A stretch of 64,000 nt of DNA from Chrysomallon squamiferum (taxonomy: Eukaryota; Animalia; Mollusca). The stretch spans positions 28,272,001-28,336,000 of the forward strand of contig CM022673.1 of assembly GCA_012295275.1 (NCBI GenBank), written 5' to 3'. Position numbers and translations under genes: made by a program. The notes beneath the pieces are model-generated. The model saw only the letters and a list, made by a program, of their open reading frames with translations, was not told where the DNA came from and made no database searches. Shown piece by piece: positions 44,154 to 61,090 of this stretch. How positions within the stretch are numbered: position 1 is the first letter of the stretch; the number at the start of each line of letters is the position of its first letter.

Positions 44154-47100
44154 AATAATAGGATTTTCAGCGCACCGCGGTGGAGGAAATGAAAGATGAT
44201 TGTCGACTTGCTGTTTTCCAGTTGGACTTCACAAGACGTTGTATATTGCCAAGTAGTGAATGCCAGCGTGGCAGGACAAAGTGGGTTAATGTCGATGTCA
44301 AGATTTTATTTGATAGAGAAAACCCCCCAGATATTTCTATTAAAACCCTGCAATAACTATCACGCAGCCCAAAAGTTGGTTTCTTCTTCTGAACTGGGGA
44401 AGCGGGTCTTAATGACTTTCCGCAGAGATCACGTCTGAATCGAACACTGCTCTGGTAACAGATAGCTTTTTGATTGATCTACGTGCGCTACGACGTCAGC
44501 GGAGCGGTTTGTCACGGACGGCTGCGGGATTCACGTCGCTGATGCATAGATGTGGCAGTTATTAATTATTTAGTTTTTCTATCACGACGGTGTAATTATG
44601 ACCTCGTTTTACAACAGGTGACTGCAGTCTTTATCGGTATCGCTAAGTACGCGATATACGATTTGTCCTATCTGCGAATACTCTCGGTATTGCGGTTTTT
44701 ATGGATCCATTACTTTGTTCACTGATTTGTTACGAAAATTCATACATTTATTTATTCGCTCGTTCGTTAGGCTGTTCACGTGTTCGCCCGGTGCATTAAT
44801 TTATTACTTACATTCGCTGGATCCTTCGTGCCTTTGTTAAATAATTCATTCGTTACTGCATTCATTCATCGTACATTTTCTTTTTTATTCATCTTTCTTT
44901 TCTTTCCCTATGTTATTATCTTTGCTTTACCCTTACTTATTTTGCTTTATGAGTGAAAACAACAAGTGCTTTAAGAATGTAAAGAAAAAGAGAAATTTCA
45001 GTTTTTATTATTATATTGTTAAGAGCCAACCTTGTATTGCTGCATGTTGAAAATTATTCTTTGTATATCTTATGAGTAAATATGTTATTTTAAGAAATCT
45101 TCTAGTTGTAGATATTATTTTGTTATTTTCACTTTTCATTCTGTCCATTGCTTTTAAAGGTAGGGTTGTTCACGAATACGGTATTTTTAACAGAGACACT
45201 TCTAATAATATTTGTTGTAAGATAATTCTGAATTTCTTAAAACGTAATGAATCTGGAATCATCTCAGTTTTTAGGACGTGTCTCTTGCTGTTACTGCTTC
45301 TGATCTCATAAGTAACTATGGAGATATAGAGTTATGTTCTAACCTTCTAACTTAGGCTTCAGTACACAGCAGCAGTGATACAGCATAAAAAGACAAATAC
45401 ACAGAACGCAATATTAAACACAATTCTCAGAAATGTTCCACATCAGCATGTTAAAACGTCCGATGAGGCTGTTAAATGCCTGGCAATATTTGCATATGTC
45501 CATCATATATCAAACAGAATATTCAACTGCCAGTGAAATCCTGTACGTATACAAATATAAAATTGCGATCGACTGCTTTATATTTACCAAGGGAATATTA
45601 AAATTTCTCATGCTGATTCTTCGGAATATTTCCAAGGTATTTCAGCTATTCTTTTTGCGATGGATGACCTGAACAGAAGTTGAATTCTGGTTCACCTGAC
45701 TACGGGGAATTGACATCCATGCTCTGAGAGACCGCAAAACTGAGCACCCGAGTAACTTAACGAAGTCATTAAGATCGGTTACTGTTTGGATAACAGCATG
45801 TTGAACGACCTCGACTGACCGCAAATTGAACCGATGTACAGATTACCTTGAACTACCGCAATCATACTGATGCATCGTCCAAAGGCACGTCAGATCTTGT
45901 CAGGAGCTGTATTCTTATTTCAAGTGATATGTTTAATGTTAAACCTGAGATTAAAAAAATAAAGATAAGACATTTTAATTATTTTTATTTTTTTTTAAAT
46001 AATGCATTGTGTCTCAAAAAATTCTAAAGAAATTATTCAAATTAAAGTAATAATCAAACCAACTTTTGTTTTCTTTTTGCATAGAATTAATACCTCCGAC
46101 TTCCCTATAAAATAAATTACGGTTTCGTAAGATTTACGATGTTTTTTTTCTGTGTGTTGAGCTCCTTTTCTTTATTTGAGTTCCTTTTCTTTCTTTTTTC
46201 TTTTCTTTTCCTTTTTCGTATTTTTTTCAAACGGCAGATATTTTCTGGTCTGTATATAACTAGTACTGTTTTTAAGAAAATGGTTTTGAAGCTACAATAG
46301 TAAATATACACATACACCCACAAAACAGAAAAATAGATACCCACACAGGTCTATGTTTGTGTGAACCTACGTACATTTACGTTTGGTACAAACAAAAAAC
46401 AGAGAGAGAGAGAGAGAGACACAAATGAAACAGAAATCGTAAACCATTTGTCCTGAACAAAAAAAAAAAAAAGACCAACGACTTTAAACAGGTGGAGTAG
46501 TTCACCGAATTAATAAAAGTTTTCTGTTCGAAAATTTATTTATGATATATGAAGTTCATCAGTAATGAGTTTCTCAGCTAGGGCTTGTCGCCAAGATATA
46601 TACACCGCGTGATAATCGAATTGCCGAAGAGAATACTTCAGTTCTACGTTGACGTCAAGTGTAATTGCCTCTCACACCATCCTGTAATTGCACGAAGACA
46701 CAAAGAAGCTAAAACAAATGTTAATGTGGCGTTTGTTTGAAATTACAATCGGTAACTTCCCTGCCCGCTCCCCATGTGACCATCTTGAGACCGTTGGACA
46801 AAAACCAACACGTTTTGTTTAGAATATGAGAATATAGGCACAATGTGTGATGGTCTTCGATCATGTAAGGATTATTAACCCAGAAAAATATAATAATCGA
46901 ATATATATATGTATATATATAGTACTTGAAGTTATATTTAGACTGAGTGAAAAAGTATCGATAAATATGATCATTGATTAATATGGATCTTATTCAAATT
47001 TTAATTTTAGATTTCCTTCGCTTTGGGCGTTTCCTGCTCTGTCGCTTGTGATGTTTGTAAATGATGTTCTTGTCTAAAAATAGACCAGTAAATTAAAATA

Positions 47101-48292
47101 TATAGATAAAAATACAGAATTATCACAAATAACCTATTGTCAAATAACAATAAAAGTAATCCCTTTTTCTTTCTCTCCCTTCCGAACTCCCCTATCTCTG
47201 TAAAACTACATATATACACAGACATATACATAAATACATACATACAGACATATATACCATATATATATATATATATATAAATATATATACATACACATAC
47301 ATACATACATACAATCAAAGACGTACTAGCTACATATTACATTCTTAAAAAAAAAAGTGAAAACAATAAAAAAAAGATAAATAAAGGTAAGATTAAAAAG
47401 CACAGCATTCACATTACTTGACCAGAACTACGGAATGAAGCAGCATGGTGAAGAAATAACTAATCTTAATACTACAACTGATTGTATTCTGGTCCACATA
47501 TCTCGTCTCAGTCTAGACTAATCGATTCGAAGTCACGGGAACTGTAACGCGGTCTCCTCTTGAACTGTTTTGTTGCTGATAGTTAATCTGCCGCTGTTTG
47601 GTCTGCTCAGATTTGTAAATGACAACCGAAACGTCGCCCTAAGAGCTGTATTAACTTGATTTGTATTTCAGAATAAAATCTGTCATTTTCGTATGTTTCC
47701 GAAGTGCACCCGCAAAATTCCCTCATGTGTAATTTTTGTAATGCATCCCGTCTGGTTCTCTTAATAAAATTACCGGCGAACATTTCGATTTTTATTTTTA
47801 TTTGATTTTATTGATTTATGTATATATTTTATTTTATTTTTTTTTTTTTTTTATTATTATTATTTTTTTTTTGTGCGAGGTAAAGTTTTTAAAAATATAT
47901 AAATAAAAATAGTGTGAGGTAATCGATATCCCTTTATTACTGCATCCAGAATTACAAAGAATACCATTTAATATTATTTATTCCTTTTAATTTTATTGCG
48001 CTGGTAAGGACGACAGCGCAAATTGGTTTTCTGAATAAAATATACAAAAATTAGATAACAAATCCTATGAATGTCGGAATAAAAATGATTAACAACATAA
48101 TTAGTCATCTTTTATTAAATTATTGGTTAAAGGAAAGAACAAGATAGTATATTGTTAACCTACTGTCAAAGGGTGTCACACATAAAGTGAATAGCCAAAT
48201 AAACAACCAGAAAAGAAAATTCACATCTTGTACACGATAATATAAAGTAATACTAAAAAAAAAAAAAAAAAAACACATAGAACATGTGCAAC

Positions 48293-48335
<43 letters not shown>

Positions 48336-50009
48336 AGAATAAAACGAAAAGAAGAAAAATTCGCAAATCCACAATATTTTTACACTCTGTCATAATAAAT
48401 GATTCAAGAGCGGCGACAAAAAACGAAAGCAGACCTTTATAATTGAATTTTAAACGTTCTGCATGCAGCCGAGTGCCCCACTGCAAACAGTGCGGCTCTC
48501 GCTGGTGTGCAGGGTAATGATAAGAATTATATTACTGGAAAACGTCAGGGAAATCAGAAATTGGCGAGCCCGTCGTTAACTGCTTATGAAGGCGTTTTAT
48601 TGCAATCGACTTCTTTGTACGACTCTATTCCTGGTTTGCATTTAAAACGATTTTTATTGTAAAGCTAATATAGTGGATTACAACACAGAGGTCGGCCTCA
48701 CTTCTTCGGAATACAGTTCTTGATAATGCTTATGTACAATAGTTCTGGAAGAAATGTCAGTGTGAACTGGAAAGAAAATCGTGACCCATAGACTCGTACG
48801 CAAAGACGTACACAGATTAATTACAGATATAATTACAATTGGCAGAAATATGGTTGATGACATGGTTATTGACACATCTTAATTTTCATCATGTAGTTTA
48901 AATTTTGTTTGCATAGGCAGCTTTTGGTTGCCCTTTATTACAAAAAAAAAAAAAAAAAAAAATGTCGGAATAATCGGTTCATGAAATTGGTATCCTTAGT
49001 ACAAGAATTCCAAAACTCTTCTTTCAGTTAAGTTTTACCCAAGAATTCCAAAACTCTTCCATTTGCATTTCTTCTTTCATTTACATTTTATCCTAAATCC
49101 TTTTAGTTCATATTAATTAATTTAGCATCTTTGATAGTCCACATAGCTGTAGTCCTTAAAACCCGAGTTTCTAAGCGTGTATTTGTGTGTTTGTATGATT
49201 AAAAATGTGTACCCTGAATGAATGAATAAATAAATAAATGTTTAACTGTATCTCAAAATTTACAGTTTACTAGTATGTTTAGGAAATGACAAATTTCTTA
49301 TAAAGTATATCAGACATTTAACAAAATGAGTGACAGAAAAAAGGAATAGTACAAGTAGGTGCAATGGAGAGCACTGATTTTGCCAAACATCAAACTTAAA
49401 TCTATATCGCAATATAAGAATCTAGAGCAGATTTAAAGAAAAAAGAGGCAAATGAATGGTAGAGGTCTTCCACGCCAAACAAGACACCAGAACTAATCTA
49501 TCATACTTCGTGGTATGTGCTGTTCTTTTTATTGAAAGATCAGTGCAAAAGTTCATCCGAAAATAATACACATTGCTGTCTCTGAGATCCTTAACGCTTA
49601 TGTATTACGAAATATAACTGTAGATAGAAAATATATTATTCGTTAAATTGAAAAAATTTCTTTGCCTTAGTCTTTGCTTAACATTCGAGTATTTAAAAAA
49701 ATAAAAAATTATATTCACAAGAGCTATGTTAATTTATAATTCACAAGCTCGCCAGAAAATTCGATTTGAAGTATTAAACAATGGAGATATGGTTTGAAAT
49801 GATATAAGTTGCTTCTTGCTAGTCTATATACATCAGTCAATAGAGAAATTCATCACAGCTGACAGACAGATGACTGTAATCAGGAATCTAACATATAGCT
49901 GGAGTATATAATTATGGAAAACAACGTGTCGATCAGCGTTTTCTGCCTTGCTGAAACATGCCAATAAATCAAGAGTTTGTAACTAACACCGTCCAGGCAA
50001 TCAATGTAC

Positions 50010-50085
<76 letters not shown>

Positions 50086-51463
50086 GTATGTATGTATGTA
50101 TGTGCATATGTGTGTGTGTGGTATGTGTTAGTGTGAATGTATGTATGTACATATTATAAATGTACGTACGTACGTACATACTTACATACATACATATATA
50201 CAAATGTACACATACACACACATAAATATAAATATACATGTGATTTACTATAGGTAAGTTTTAGTATGTGTCTATATGTGTCTAGATGCATACATACATA
50301 GACATAAACCGCATCATACATAAATATACAGACACACACACACACACACACACACACACATTGCTAAGTACACAGGCATACCTAAATATATAATACATCC
50401 ATATACATATACATTCATATTTACGCATATACATACATGCTTCTCAAACATAAATACCTAAATGCATGACAACTTGCCATTACATACACAGATTATTATT
50501 CGATAATACTGATCGTTGCTGATAACGATTTCTCAAAGGAAATCATCTGCTTGCTAACTCGCTTATGCCACAAAGCACCTAAATTCTTTTACCCTCGTCA
50601 CGCTGACCGTATCAGGTGAATCTGGGCTGATTGTCAGCTGATTCGTGCTTATAGTGCCTTTTCGTAGGCGGCATCCAATCTGCATTGCCACGGTCTTTAA
50701 GTGAAAGAAAAGCGATTGATTAAATGTCCCAACATGACCAAATTGTAGCGGTCATTACTGGCTTCCTCGATTCACACTGACATTCTTGTCGGATTCTGAC
50801 ATGCATTAGTCACGTCGTGAAAATCACTTCTAAGAGAAATTCCCGCTCCACTGCCTTTATTAAATAATCTTTACCGTGGTTATTTCTTAAGTCAGTCGTG
50901 GTTTCAGAATAAATAAAGGTTTTTACGATCGAGCGTCGTCAATAGGGCCAACCGACATCGGTGGAACGCGCTTTCGCTTTTTCTTAACCGTCACAGAGAC
51001 TTGGAGTTGACACGAAACTAATTAACGGCTTAATCGACGAGAAATCGATTATTTACGCAGTGGAAAAAGATTCGATTAAACAGAAAAAAATTCATATGAT
51101 TATGAATATGAATACGCTTGTACAGAAAAAAAAAAATAATAACATATGCCGATAAGCGAGACAGAGAAATGTCTTTTGTTCTGTCAACATGACTGTAAAT
51201 GAGGTCAGAATGAATGAAAAATGAATAACAAAAGCAGCGACAATAACATCAACAAAAAACGACAGACGTGACAACAGCAGCAATATTAGCAACATCAGCA
51301 ACAACAAGAATCATATGAACTGTAATAATAATAATAACACTAGAACAACAATGCCAACAACAACAACATCAACATCAACAATAATAATAATAATAAAAGT
51401 CAGGTGATGGGACAGAAGAAAATTTAATAAGTAAATAAATAGTTTTAAATAATAATAGATTTT

Positions 51464-51825
<362 letters not shown>

Positions 51826-52930
51826 CCGCTGAAAGAAACGGAGATAACGTAAATTCACTTATGTTAATAGTCTGTTTGCGTTTATCTGCGTTATGTCATC
51901 GCCGTTCACCTGAAACTCTCATCGCATCTTCATCTGTGAAAACAGAGCAGCAATTCTGATTCACACGGAACTGCCAGCAGACTCCCTCTCAGTATCAACG
52001 CGTTATCACTTTATATATACGTGCACATTATTAAGTGCGGGGATTCGCCGAGTCTATCAACTCGTGCCACGCCGACCATAAGTTATATTTGCAGCTAATT
52101 ACTCGCTTTTGCCGTGCACCGTCTCTTTTTTTTCTTCTCCAGTGTGTTATCGTAACAGCAGCGTAATCTAATACGTCTGTACAATTGTGAACTCCTCATG
52201 CACAAGACAGATCTGTTTGCACTAATTGTTTTGGCGCTGTTGGCCGGTTTCTTCGATGGCCCGTCTTGCCTCTACATTCCACGTGTGTAACCGTTCAGGC
52301 TCTCCGAGATGAATAACCTTTAAAGGCAAGCGAGCGTTGATGGTCTCAGCGATTTGGTGAACTTCACAGATTTATATGGATATTTCTGAATGCTAATCTA
52401 AATAAATAAAAAAAATTAATCGCGATGTTAACGCTGCTGTCGAAGTGCTACATGCGAGGGATAGTTTCTTTGATTCCGAAGTTGAAAGGTTGGATGATCG
52501 TAAGAAACATTCTTGAGACTTGGATGTGAATTACTGGTTTAATATGCATGAACGTTTTCATTGACAGAAATACTTTGTAGACAAACTGTTAATTTGTTTT
52601 CATTTAACTGCGACGTTGTCTATTAAAGAAATCCTTTGAAATAAGCTCCATACTTTTTTTTTTTCCCATAAGATTCCATTTTTTGTGTACTTGTGATATT
52701 ATACATCTTAACTACTGTTTTTCTAGGGTTTGGCTGTAAACCGTTTGTTTGTTCCCTAAGATGAGGCTAATAGTGGCGCTGAATTAATCCTACAATATTG
52801 AGATTATTATTTTGATAACAAAATATAATAATACAGTTTACTGAATGTATATGTATTTATACAATTAATTCTTCTTTTTTATTCACTTTTTTTTTGGCAT
52901 CGCATATCTGTATTAGCCAACAAAATTAGC

Positions 52931-53020
<90 letters not shown>

Positions 53021-54400
53021 GTGTTCGTCTGTCTGTGTGCCTATCTATTTTTTTGTCTCTGTCAATCCATTTCTCTGGTTTAAATTTCAAACATGATTAC
53101 CTTCCAGGTTTCTGTTGTCAGTAATATTGAATATGATAAATAAATAATTCAAACGATATTATACTCGGTGAACAAACATTAAGGTTCTAAGACTTCTAGA
53201 TCTTCGGATCGCGTCCAGTCTTTGCTTCTCAGAGACTTTTGTGATTCGTATCATATTTTACACTGCTCTTTCATCGAACAAGTCTTCTAACTTGCCCGCA
53301 TTCTGACGGACAAACTAGGCTAAAACAGTTCGGTGTCCACGACAAACGTACCTGAACCTTTAGTCACAAACTCAGCACCACTGATTTTCAGTTCGATAAA
53401 TCATTGTTCAAAACAGTAAGTTTTCGTTTGCTGTAATAAGAAAGTGCAGTCGCTCAGAAGAAACCATTGAGCAGTTCTGACGGACAAAAATAACTCTGAT
53501 CGATTTCAGTTATTTGTGAATTAGCTTTAGGATTTTTTATGTTGTTTTTTGGGGCTTCGTTTTCTTTTTCTTGCTCCTTTTAAACTAACGTGATGCAATC
53601 TTGATAGTTGTGTCTGTCTATTGAAAGCTTTTGCTAGATCATATTTATTCTGGGAACGTAATATGGTCCAGTATAATATGATATGATGGACAGTAATGTA
53701 ATATAATATAATATAATATAATATTATGTAGTATAATGTAATGTAATATTTAATATCATTATATAACATAACAATGCAGTATAATTTTTTTACAGAATTA
53801 ATACAATGAAACAAGTCAAATATATAAAGTAAAAATTTAAAAGTGCATTCAAACTATGTTTAATCTGCTTAGATTGCAACTCTCCTAGCATTATAACACT
53901 ATCAGTATTCCTGCCTCTAAACCTTTATCTACACAGCAACTTAAACGAGAAATCCACAGGACGTAATTACGAGAATATTGTTACTGCGGTTCCGAGCACT
54001 TGTTAGACGTGGTGTTCGATCATCGGCGATGATGTAGATATCGATGTCCTGGCAGACTCGCCCAGTTTCTTGTAACAGAAATAAATCTAATAAACGACAC
54101 CCAGTTGATCCCAAGTTAATCTTAGTCACGCAAGAAAATTCTTGAATGGCGTTCTGCGATAGAAAAATCTAATCTATTATTCGTAGTCAAGATCCATCTT
54201 CGTTAAAAGAACGAGTCGGTAACGAACGAAACGAACGAACGAACGAAAAAATCGGTGATTCATCCAGCCAAGAATGTCTCTGTCGTAGAGGATTCTCTTT
54301 ATTTATTCTCTTTGTTTAAATTCCACGCTATATTATATTTCTAATCATAAGCTATAAAATATGATCCTGCATATGATATACAGACACGCATAATATATAA

Positions 54401-54431
<31 letters not shown>

Positions 54432-55639
54432 ATCACAAGTGCATGCTTGCATGGATATCTGTGTATATAGATACACACCTGATTACATGAATATATTTTC
54501 GTCGTTAAGCAATCAATACGTCAATATTTTAATGTATGCTATGCTTTTAGTTAACACACAGCAACAGAACGTAAATAATTTATAACTGACAGTACAAAAT
54601 GATTGTTCATTGTTCAGATATTCATTTACATTTCAGCGAAAGATATCATATTTCACAATAACTGCAAGGTTGAGAGAAAACCTCGGGTTATCAAAAAAAG
54701 TAAAGACAACGTCACAAATAATAGCAAAGACAATGTTTCCAGTCATTGAATGCATTCATAGATGTATCTAGAGGGTAGACACGGGCGACCACTTTTTTAA
54801 AAATTGTTTTCTTTCTCCAGTATTTTCATTTATTCATCACTTCATCTGGAAAGGTGCTTCCGACTACAATTATGATGGCTCCCTCTTTTCAGGATTCCTG
54901 GATCCATCCTTTCCAGTAAGCTTTATTGTTTTCTGGTGTCGTTTTTCTTTCTGAGGGTGTCAGTTATCAGCTATCCGCGATTTTGTCAATCTGTTTGGTA
55001 CTGACGATCGATCTACGACTCAGCTTCGCACCATAAAAGAAACATGATGCAAGTCGTTTGAAATCATCGACGTGGAAATGTTTCGCAAAGCGGTTCACAC
55101 GTTTGAGAGAGAAAAAAAAGGCAACGAAGCGTTGGTCTAGAATTGTTTTTGCAGTAAATGCAACGACCAGACGTTTGTCTAGAAATCTAGCGAAACGAGT
55201 AGGGAAGTGATTCCTGGTTAATTATGCCCCTAATTTTTACTCGTTCTGATGACGTTAATTTTTAATTACGTTCAGTTGCCAGACACTTCGATTGGTCGAC
55301 ACGCTTCGTAAATCAGCAGAATATTAATATTTAAACAGGTCACGTTGAAGCACGTCGATTGTACACATGCTCCCTGACACGTCCAGTCGATTTATTTGCA
55401 TCGAGTTTCCTTAATTGTCTGAAAGCTTTTGTTTAATTTTACATGTTTTTTTTCGAGAGACAATGCATCATTTAGAAACACTGCAGTTTCAGCGTTTTGT
55501 CCCCAAAAACAGGCGTAAAGAAAGAAAAATTAAATTAAATTAAATAAACAACCAAAAAATAAAATAAAATAAAATAAAATGAAATAACACACACACAAAA
55601 CAAAGCAAAAACAAAACAAAAACAAAAACAAAGACAAAC

Positions 55640-55713
<74 letters not shown>

Positions 55714-56775
55714 TAATTGTTATGGTTTTGATAGGGTCGTGACATAGCGGTAGTAGAAGCAGTGGTGGTGCTTATGATTGCAGTAGCAGTACTTGATATT
55801 ATAATCGTAGATGAAGTAGTAGTAGTAGATGATATAGTTGTTGTTTTTATTTGTATTCTAATAGTAGTAATAGTAGTATGTAGATGCAAGAACGCCATAG
55901 AATGTGCTGGTAAAAATATATTTATGATGTAAAAGTTTGAGTATATGAATTTGTGCTAGTCTGAATTTACGTGTGTTAGTATCATGACGTGCGTAGGTCT
56001 ACGAGCTTCAATTCTCGTGTGTGTTAATAAAATCACACGAATTCATGTGCACCACATGTACTTGACTACAACCTTTATTTCTCATTTTACATACATCATT
56101 TCCACAAACTTCCCACCAGCTCTTAGACCCTCGTGCTTCGAGTAGAATACACGCTGTTAATCTGTTTTAGTGTCCCCATTAACACACGCCACATACACTG
56201 AACATTCCCAGATAATTTCATTTCGAGAGCTGAGAAACTGACGAAGACAAAAAAAAAAAAAAAAAGAAATAGAGGCAATGGATTAGCCACTGTATTCTTC
56301 TGATCAATGCTATCGATTCGAAGGAGAAGGAGACCAAACAAATATAACCGGATTGAGTATCTTTTGATCGACAGGTAGATCGAGGTAGCAAGCAGCCAGT
56401 GTACGGCAAGGATTTCATTCTGATTATTATTATTATTTTTTTTTTTTTTTTGTTAGTGCTTTATCGTGCTGAAGTGTGGTTTGTTTGCGAGAGGGCACCG
56501 ACTAATCAATGTTCAGGCCACCTGTTTTGTGTTGACGTCTCAAACGTAAACGTATTTAGCTTTCTGTGCCGAATGCTTCATCTGGAACTTGCAAACTGCG
56601 CATTTTAATAGTCAGAGATGAGGCGATAAATGAATAGATGTGAACAGCGGTGTAAACGAAAGAAGTAAAAAAAAATACTAAAGAAAAAAAAAGAAAAAAA
56701 AAAGAAGCAACAAATAATTAAAATAACATAAAAAAGTTGTAAGGACGACGACTATTACTACTTCGCGTACTTAGC

Positions 56776-56807
<32 letters not shown>

Positions 56808-56853
56808 AAAGAATAACAACAGCTATACTACTACTAATAATAAATAGCAACAT

Positions 56854-56934
<81 letters not shown>

Positions 56935-57470
56935 CCCCCCTCCCTCCACGATATTATTAATTTTGAAAACGGTATAAACTTTCATTAATGTCTGAACATT
57001 CACTGATGCGAGGGCTCTGTAGGTCTGCAAAAACGGGTCGTGGTCGAAAAGTCATAAAAAAAATCATCGGTCTAATTTGAAAAGTGTTAGCAAGTGGCAA
57101 CACCTACAAAATTACTTATTTACACTTCCGGTCACCAGTTCACACTCTGAACCTAATTGCTGTGTGCCTCGACATCCCAGAGGGGATAGGCTCATATCTC
57201 GGTCACACTGCACAGTTTACCGTGTGTTAATTACGATTAGGTTTACGAACAGTTACAAGCACATGATACCATATATGTGTGTGCGATCCAGGACACTCCC
57301 CTTATGTTATCCCGGCCGATTTGTGTGTGTGTGTGTGTCACATTTTCTACATCGGAATTATAGTGTGTGCCCTACACAAACGATCAATGGAGTAGGATTA
57401 AATAATAATGATAACAAGAACGCTGCCTTTGATATTGATGATGATTGTGATGACGATGATGATGATGATG

Positions 57471-57522
<52 letters not shown>

Positions 57523-58201
57523 TAACAACAACAGCAATTATGATGATAATAAGTTAAAGGAGCCATACAATTCGTAACACGACAGTGAAAACAGTGATCC
57601 AACTAAATAATGAATTTAATAACAAAAACACACAATAAAGACAAAAATTACTTAATAAATAATATCGCATTAATAAATAGATCGAATTGTTCTTTTTGTT
57701 TAATCATTCACTGATAAACACACACACACACACACACAGACACACACGGACACACTCATCTGCTAGAATCGCATGAAACTTGAACGGTTTTCGTCACAAA
57801 CGATCTCATTTTGTTACTCTCACGATAGCATCCTTAGAGCGACATTAAAGACAATAATCATGGAGCTGTCTGACATGATTGTTACAAATCGTCTACACAA
57901 TAATTCGATAAGCACTACATATCATTTTACTCTTGAAAAATGAAAGAGCTGCTATTCAGAACGAGAAGTCATTCAAACTGCAATTATTATTATTTGTTTT
58001 TGTTCTGTGTCTACTTCTGGCTACAGCTATCGGCGTTTTATTAAAGTTGCTATTTACTCGTCGTAAAACAACAGACAGTATGGCAGTGTACAAATGTATC
58101 TTTATTTTAGTGATAAATGTAAAGATTAATTACGTTATCTACCACAGTGGTATTTTTTTTATATCTTACGTAAGTACATGGTTATTTTTTATTATTATTA
58201 T

Positions 58202-58246
<45 letters not shown>

Positions 58247-59322
58247 ATATTTTATGGCAACCTGTTATGTTTCATAACTCAGATAAAAAAAAAAAAAAAA
58301 AAAAAATGATTTAAATTGTTTTAAACATTCCTACATACGGTATATTTTCAAAAACAAATTCTGTGCTTTTTTTTTCTTTTTCTTTTTTCATTAGTTCTTT
58401 CCTTCTTTCGTTTGCACTGCTGTTCACATCTATTTACTTATCATCTCATCTCTAACTATTAAAACGACGAAATAAATCACAGAAACTTATTAATTTTATT
58501 GCATGATATTTGCCTATACTGTAATATACCAATTAGTATTAATGAATATATACCCCATAAATGAATTAGGAGGATCCAAACAACTGTAATTCTGAAACGC
58601 TTTTGGCGATGAGCCTCTAAGGACCTCTTCTGAGGTCCCCCCACCCCCCAGGTTGTTCCCACTGTGAATAGCTGGTACAGATTACAAACAAAATATGGTT
58701 CAGTCCATGTCATGCTGTAGATAAATAATTTCCATTTAGCCATTCCCAGACAGATAATTCACCAGAATATGCTGTTTTCGTAGACTTTTTTTTTGTTGTT
58801 TTAAAACAACAGACAAACTGGAATATAGGCAAATAGACGTTTATTTAGCTTATTTAACTGATGAAATATTTTTTTAAAATCCTTTAACAATAGTTTACGA
58901 GTAGTAAATATACCGTATACATATTACCAACGTTCCAAAAACATGACAACTGTTATCATGATTATAATCATCATCAACATCATCATCATCATTCATCATC
59001 ATCATCATCAAACGCATTTATTCATCATAATCATCATCATCACCGTCACCGTCATTGTCATTGTCATCGTCAAATATCGGTTAATTTCAACATCATCATG
59101 TCCACCATCATAACCAGAACAATAACTTACACATATAAACAGATGACAGCTTGGCGCTGGTGTTTCATGTATCTCTCTTGATGTATTTAATAACTATTTG
59201 TTTCAAATCTCCGTGTGTGCTGAAACCATGCATTCTGTCATATTATTTCTACTGAATTATGTGTTTACATGTACAAAACTTAATAACCATTTGTTTGAGT
59301 ATAATACTGACTGTCGTTGCAG

Positions 59323-59444
59323 ACTCTGGTTGCCGAAACCTTGGTTCTTGCCAAGACTCATGGATACGTGGAAAAGATAGAGAGCGAACTAGAAGAAGAA
59401 CTGCGACGAGATCTGTGGGAACCGCCAGAGCAATCTGTCGCTAG
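59323..59444 (+). CDS. Hv-family proton channel exon: cytoplasmic N-terminal region (TLVAETLVLAKTHGYVEKIESELEEELRRDLWEPPEQSVA)
   Basis: ctgac..gttgcag acceptor, open phase-0 frame, AG|GTGAGC phase-2 donor that joins the 60626 exon in frame. Confidence 0.8.
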
Positions 59445-59603
59445 GTGAGCTGCCTTTGTCTTCGAGTTTGTTTTATTAGGTCGTAAAACGTCCATAATTT
59501 TCTTACAATAAAGTGTTCATGAATAATAACGCAGACATATTGGTTTTCATTCTGCTTGGGTTTTTATCTCTGTTTTTCTCATTCTCGCTCTGTTTTTTGT
59601 TTT

Positions 59604-59830
<227 letters not shown>

Positions 59831-60625
59831 TCTCTGTAAGTCATTCTCTGTTTCTTTCTGTGTCTATATATCTCTGTCTGTCTGCCTGTCTGTCTGTTTG
59901 TGTCTCTGTCTTTCTCAGTCTCCGACTGTCTCTCCCAAACCTCTATTTCTCATTAAGCCTGTCTACCTACCTACATGCCTCACCATGCGTCTGCCTGTCT
60001 GTCTATGTTTCATATGTGCATTTTCTTCTAGAGAGCTGTCAATATTTTTTACCAAAACGTAAATAACTGTCATATTATATAATTTCTTTTCTATTTAGAA
60101 ATCGATACAATTATTTCATTGCTATTCAAAATTTCAGTTTTAGAATTAAACGTTTTTAGTTATAGTAGTAGCAGTAGTAGTAGATATATTAGTGATAGTA
60201 GTAGTAGTAGCAGTAGCAGCAGTACTAGAAAGTAATAATAGCTGGAGTAACTGTAGAAATAACAGCATTAATAAATAATTTCCTTTAATTATTATATTAT
60301 ATGTATAACTGTTGTCAACCAAAAACTTCTACGCAAATGAGAAATTGCCCCCAAAAGACCATCAGACACAAAATTTCAATATTACATTAAAAGAACAGCC
60401 CGTAAACCTCAAAACCTAAAAACGAACGTATTCTTGAAAAGTTATGATGGCGTTTTTATCTTTACTTCGTATTAATCAATAATCTAAAAAATAATAATAA
60501 TAATAAAAAACAAATAAAAAAATAAAAATCGCTACGTAAAAAAAATAATATATATGATTTCTTGGTTATATTTTTTGTGTGGGGGGGAAGGCGTTGTCGT
60601 GGTTGTAATTATATTTGTTTCGCAG

Positions 60626-60750
60626 ATGGCGTCGGGATGGTGAGAAGATTCTGAAGAGCAAGTACATGCTGCTGACGGTTGTTTTGTTTTGTGTCACTGA
60701 CTGTGCACTCGTCCTGGGCGAGCTCATACTCGATCTGCATAAAGTGAGAG
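60626..60750 (+). CDS. HVCN1: Voltage-gated proton channel (Hv/HVCN1-like) exon encoding S0-S1; gene continues beyond window
   Basis: WRRDGEKILKSKYMLLTVVLFCVTDCALVLGELILDLHKVR aligns by eye to human Hv1 S1 (..VVLDALLVLAELILDLK..), with Asp codon 60699-60701 at the D112 position. tttcgcag acceptor, G|GTAACG donor. Paralog identity (Hv1 vs other molluscan Hv) is unresolved. Confidence 0.8.
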
Positions 60751-60800
60751 GTAACGGATTTCACATACTTGTTTATAACACATCGAAACGGATCAAGGAC

Positions 60801-61090
60801 TGAATGAATGAGAGAAAGAATGAACGAACGAATGAATAATGAATGAATGATAGAAGGAAAGTAATAACAGATGAATGAAGCAAAGAATCAACAAAAGAAA
60901 AGAATAAATGAATCAACGAAAGACAGAAAGAATGAAAGAATGAAAAATGAATGAGCGAATGAATGATAGAAAGAAAGCAATAACAGACGAATGAATCAAC
61001 GAATCAATGAAAGAGAAGAATAAACGAATCAACGAAGGACAGAAAGAATGAATGAACAAACGAAGTAAAAAAAGAATGAATGAATGAAAA
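60801..61090. repeat. Degenerate (GAAT)n tract with ~116-bp higher-order duplication
   Basis: gaatgaatgatagaaggaaagtaataacag.. at 60841 recurs at 60957. Confidence 0.8.

Noticed and set aside
49002-49059. 19-bp direct repeat caagaattccaaaactctt (similar short duplication near 27775)
   Set aside because: Ordinary local slippage duplication with nothing element-like between the copies.
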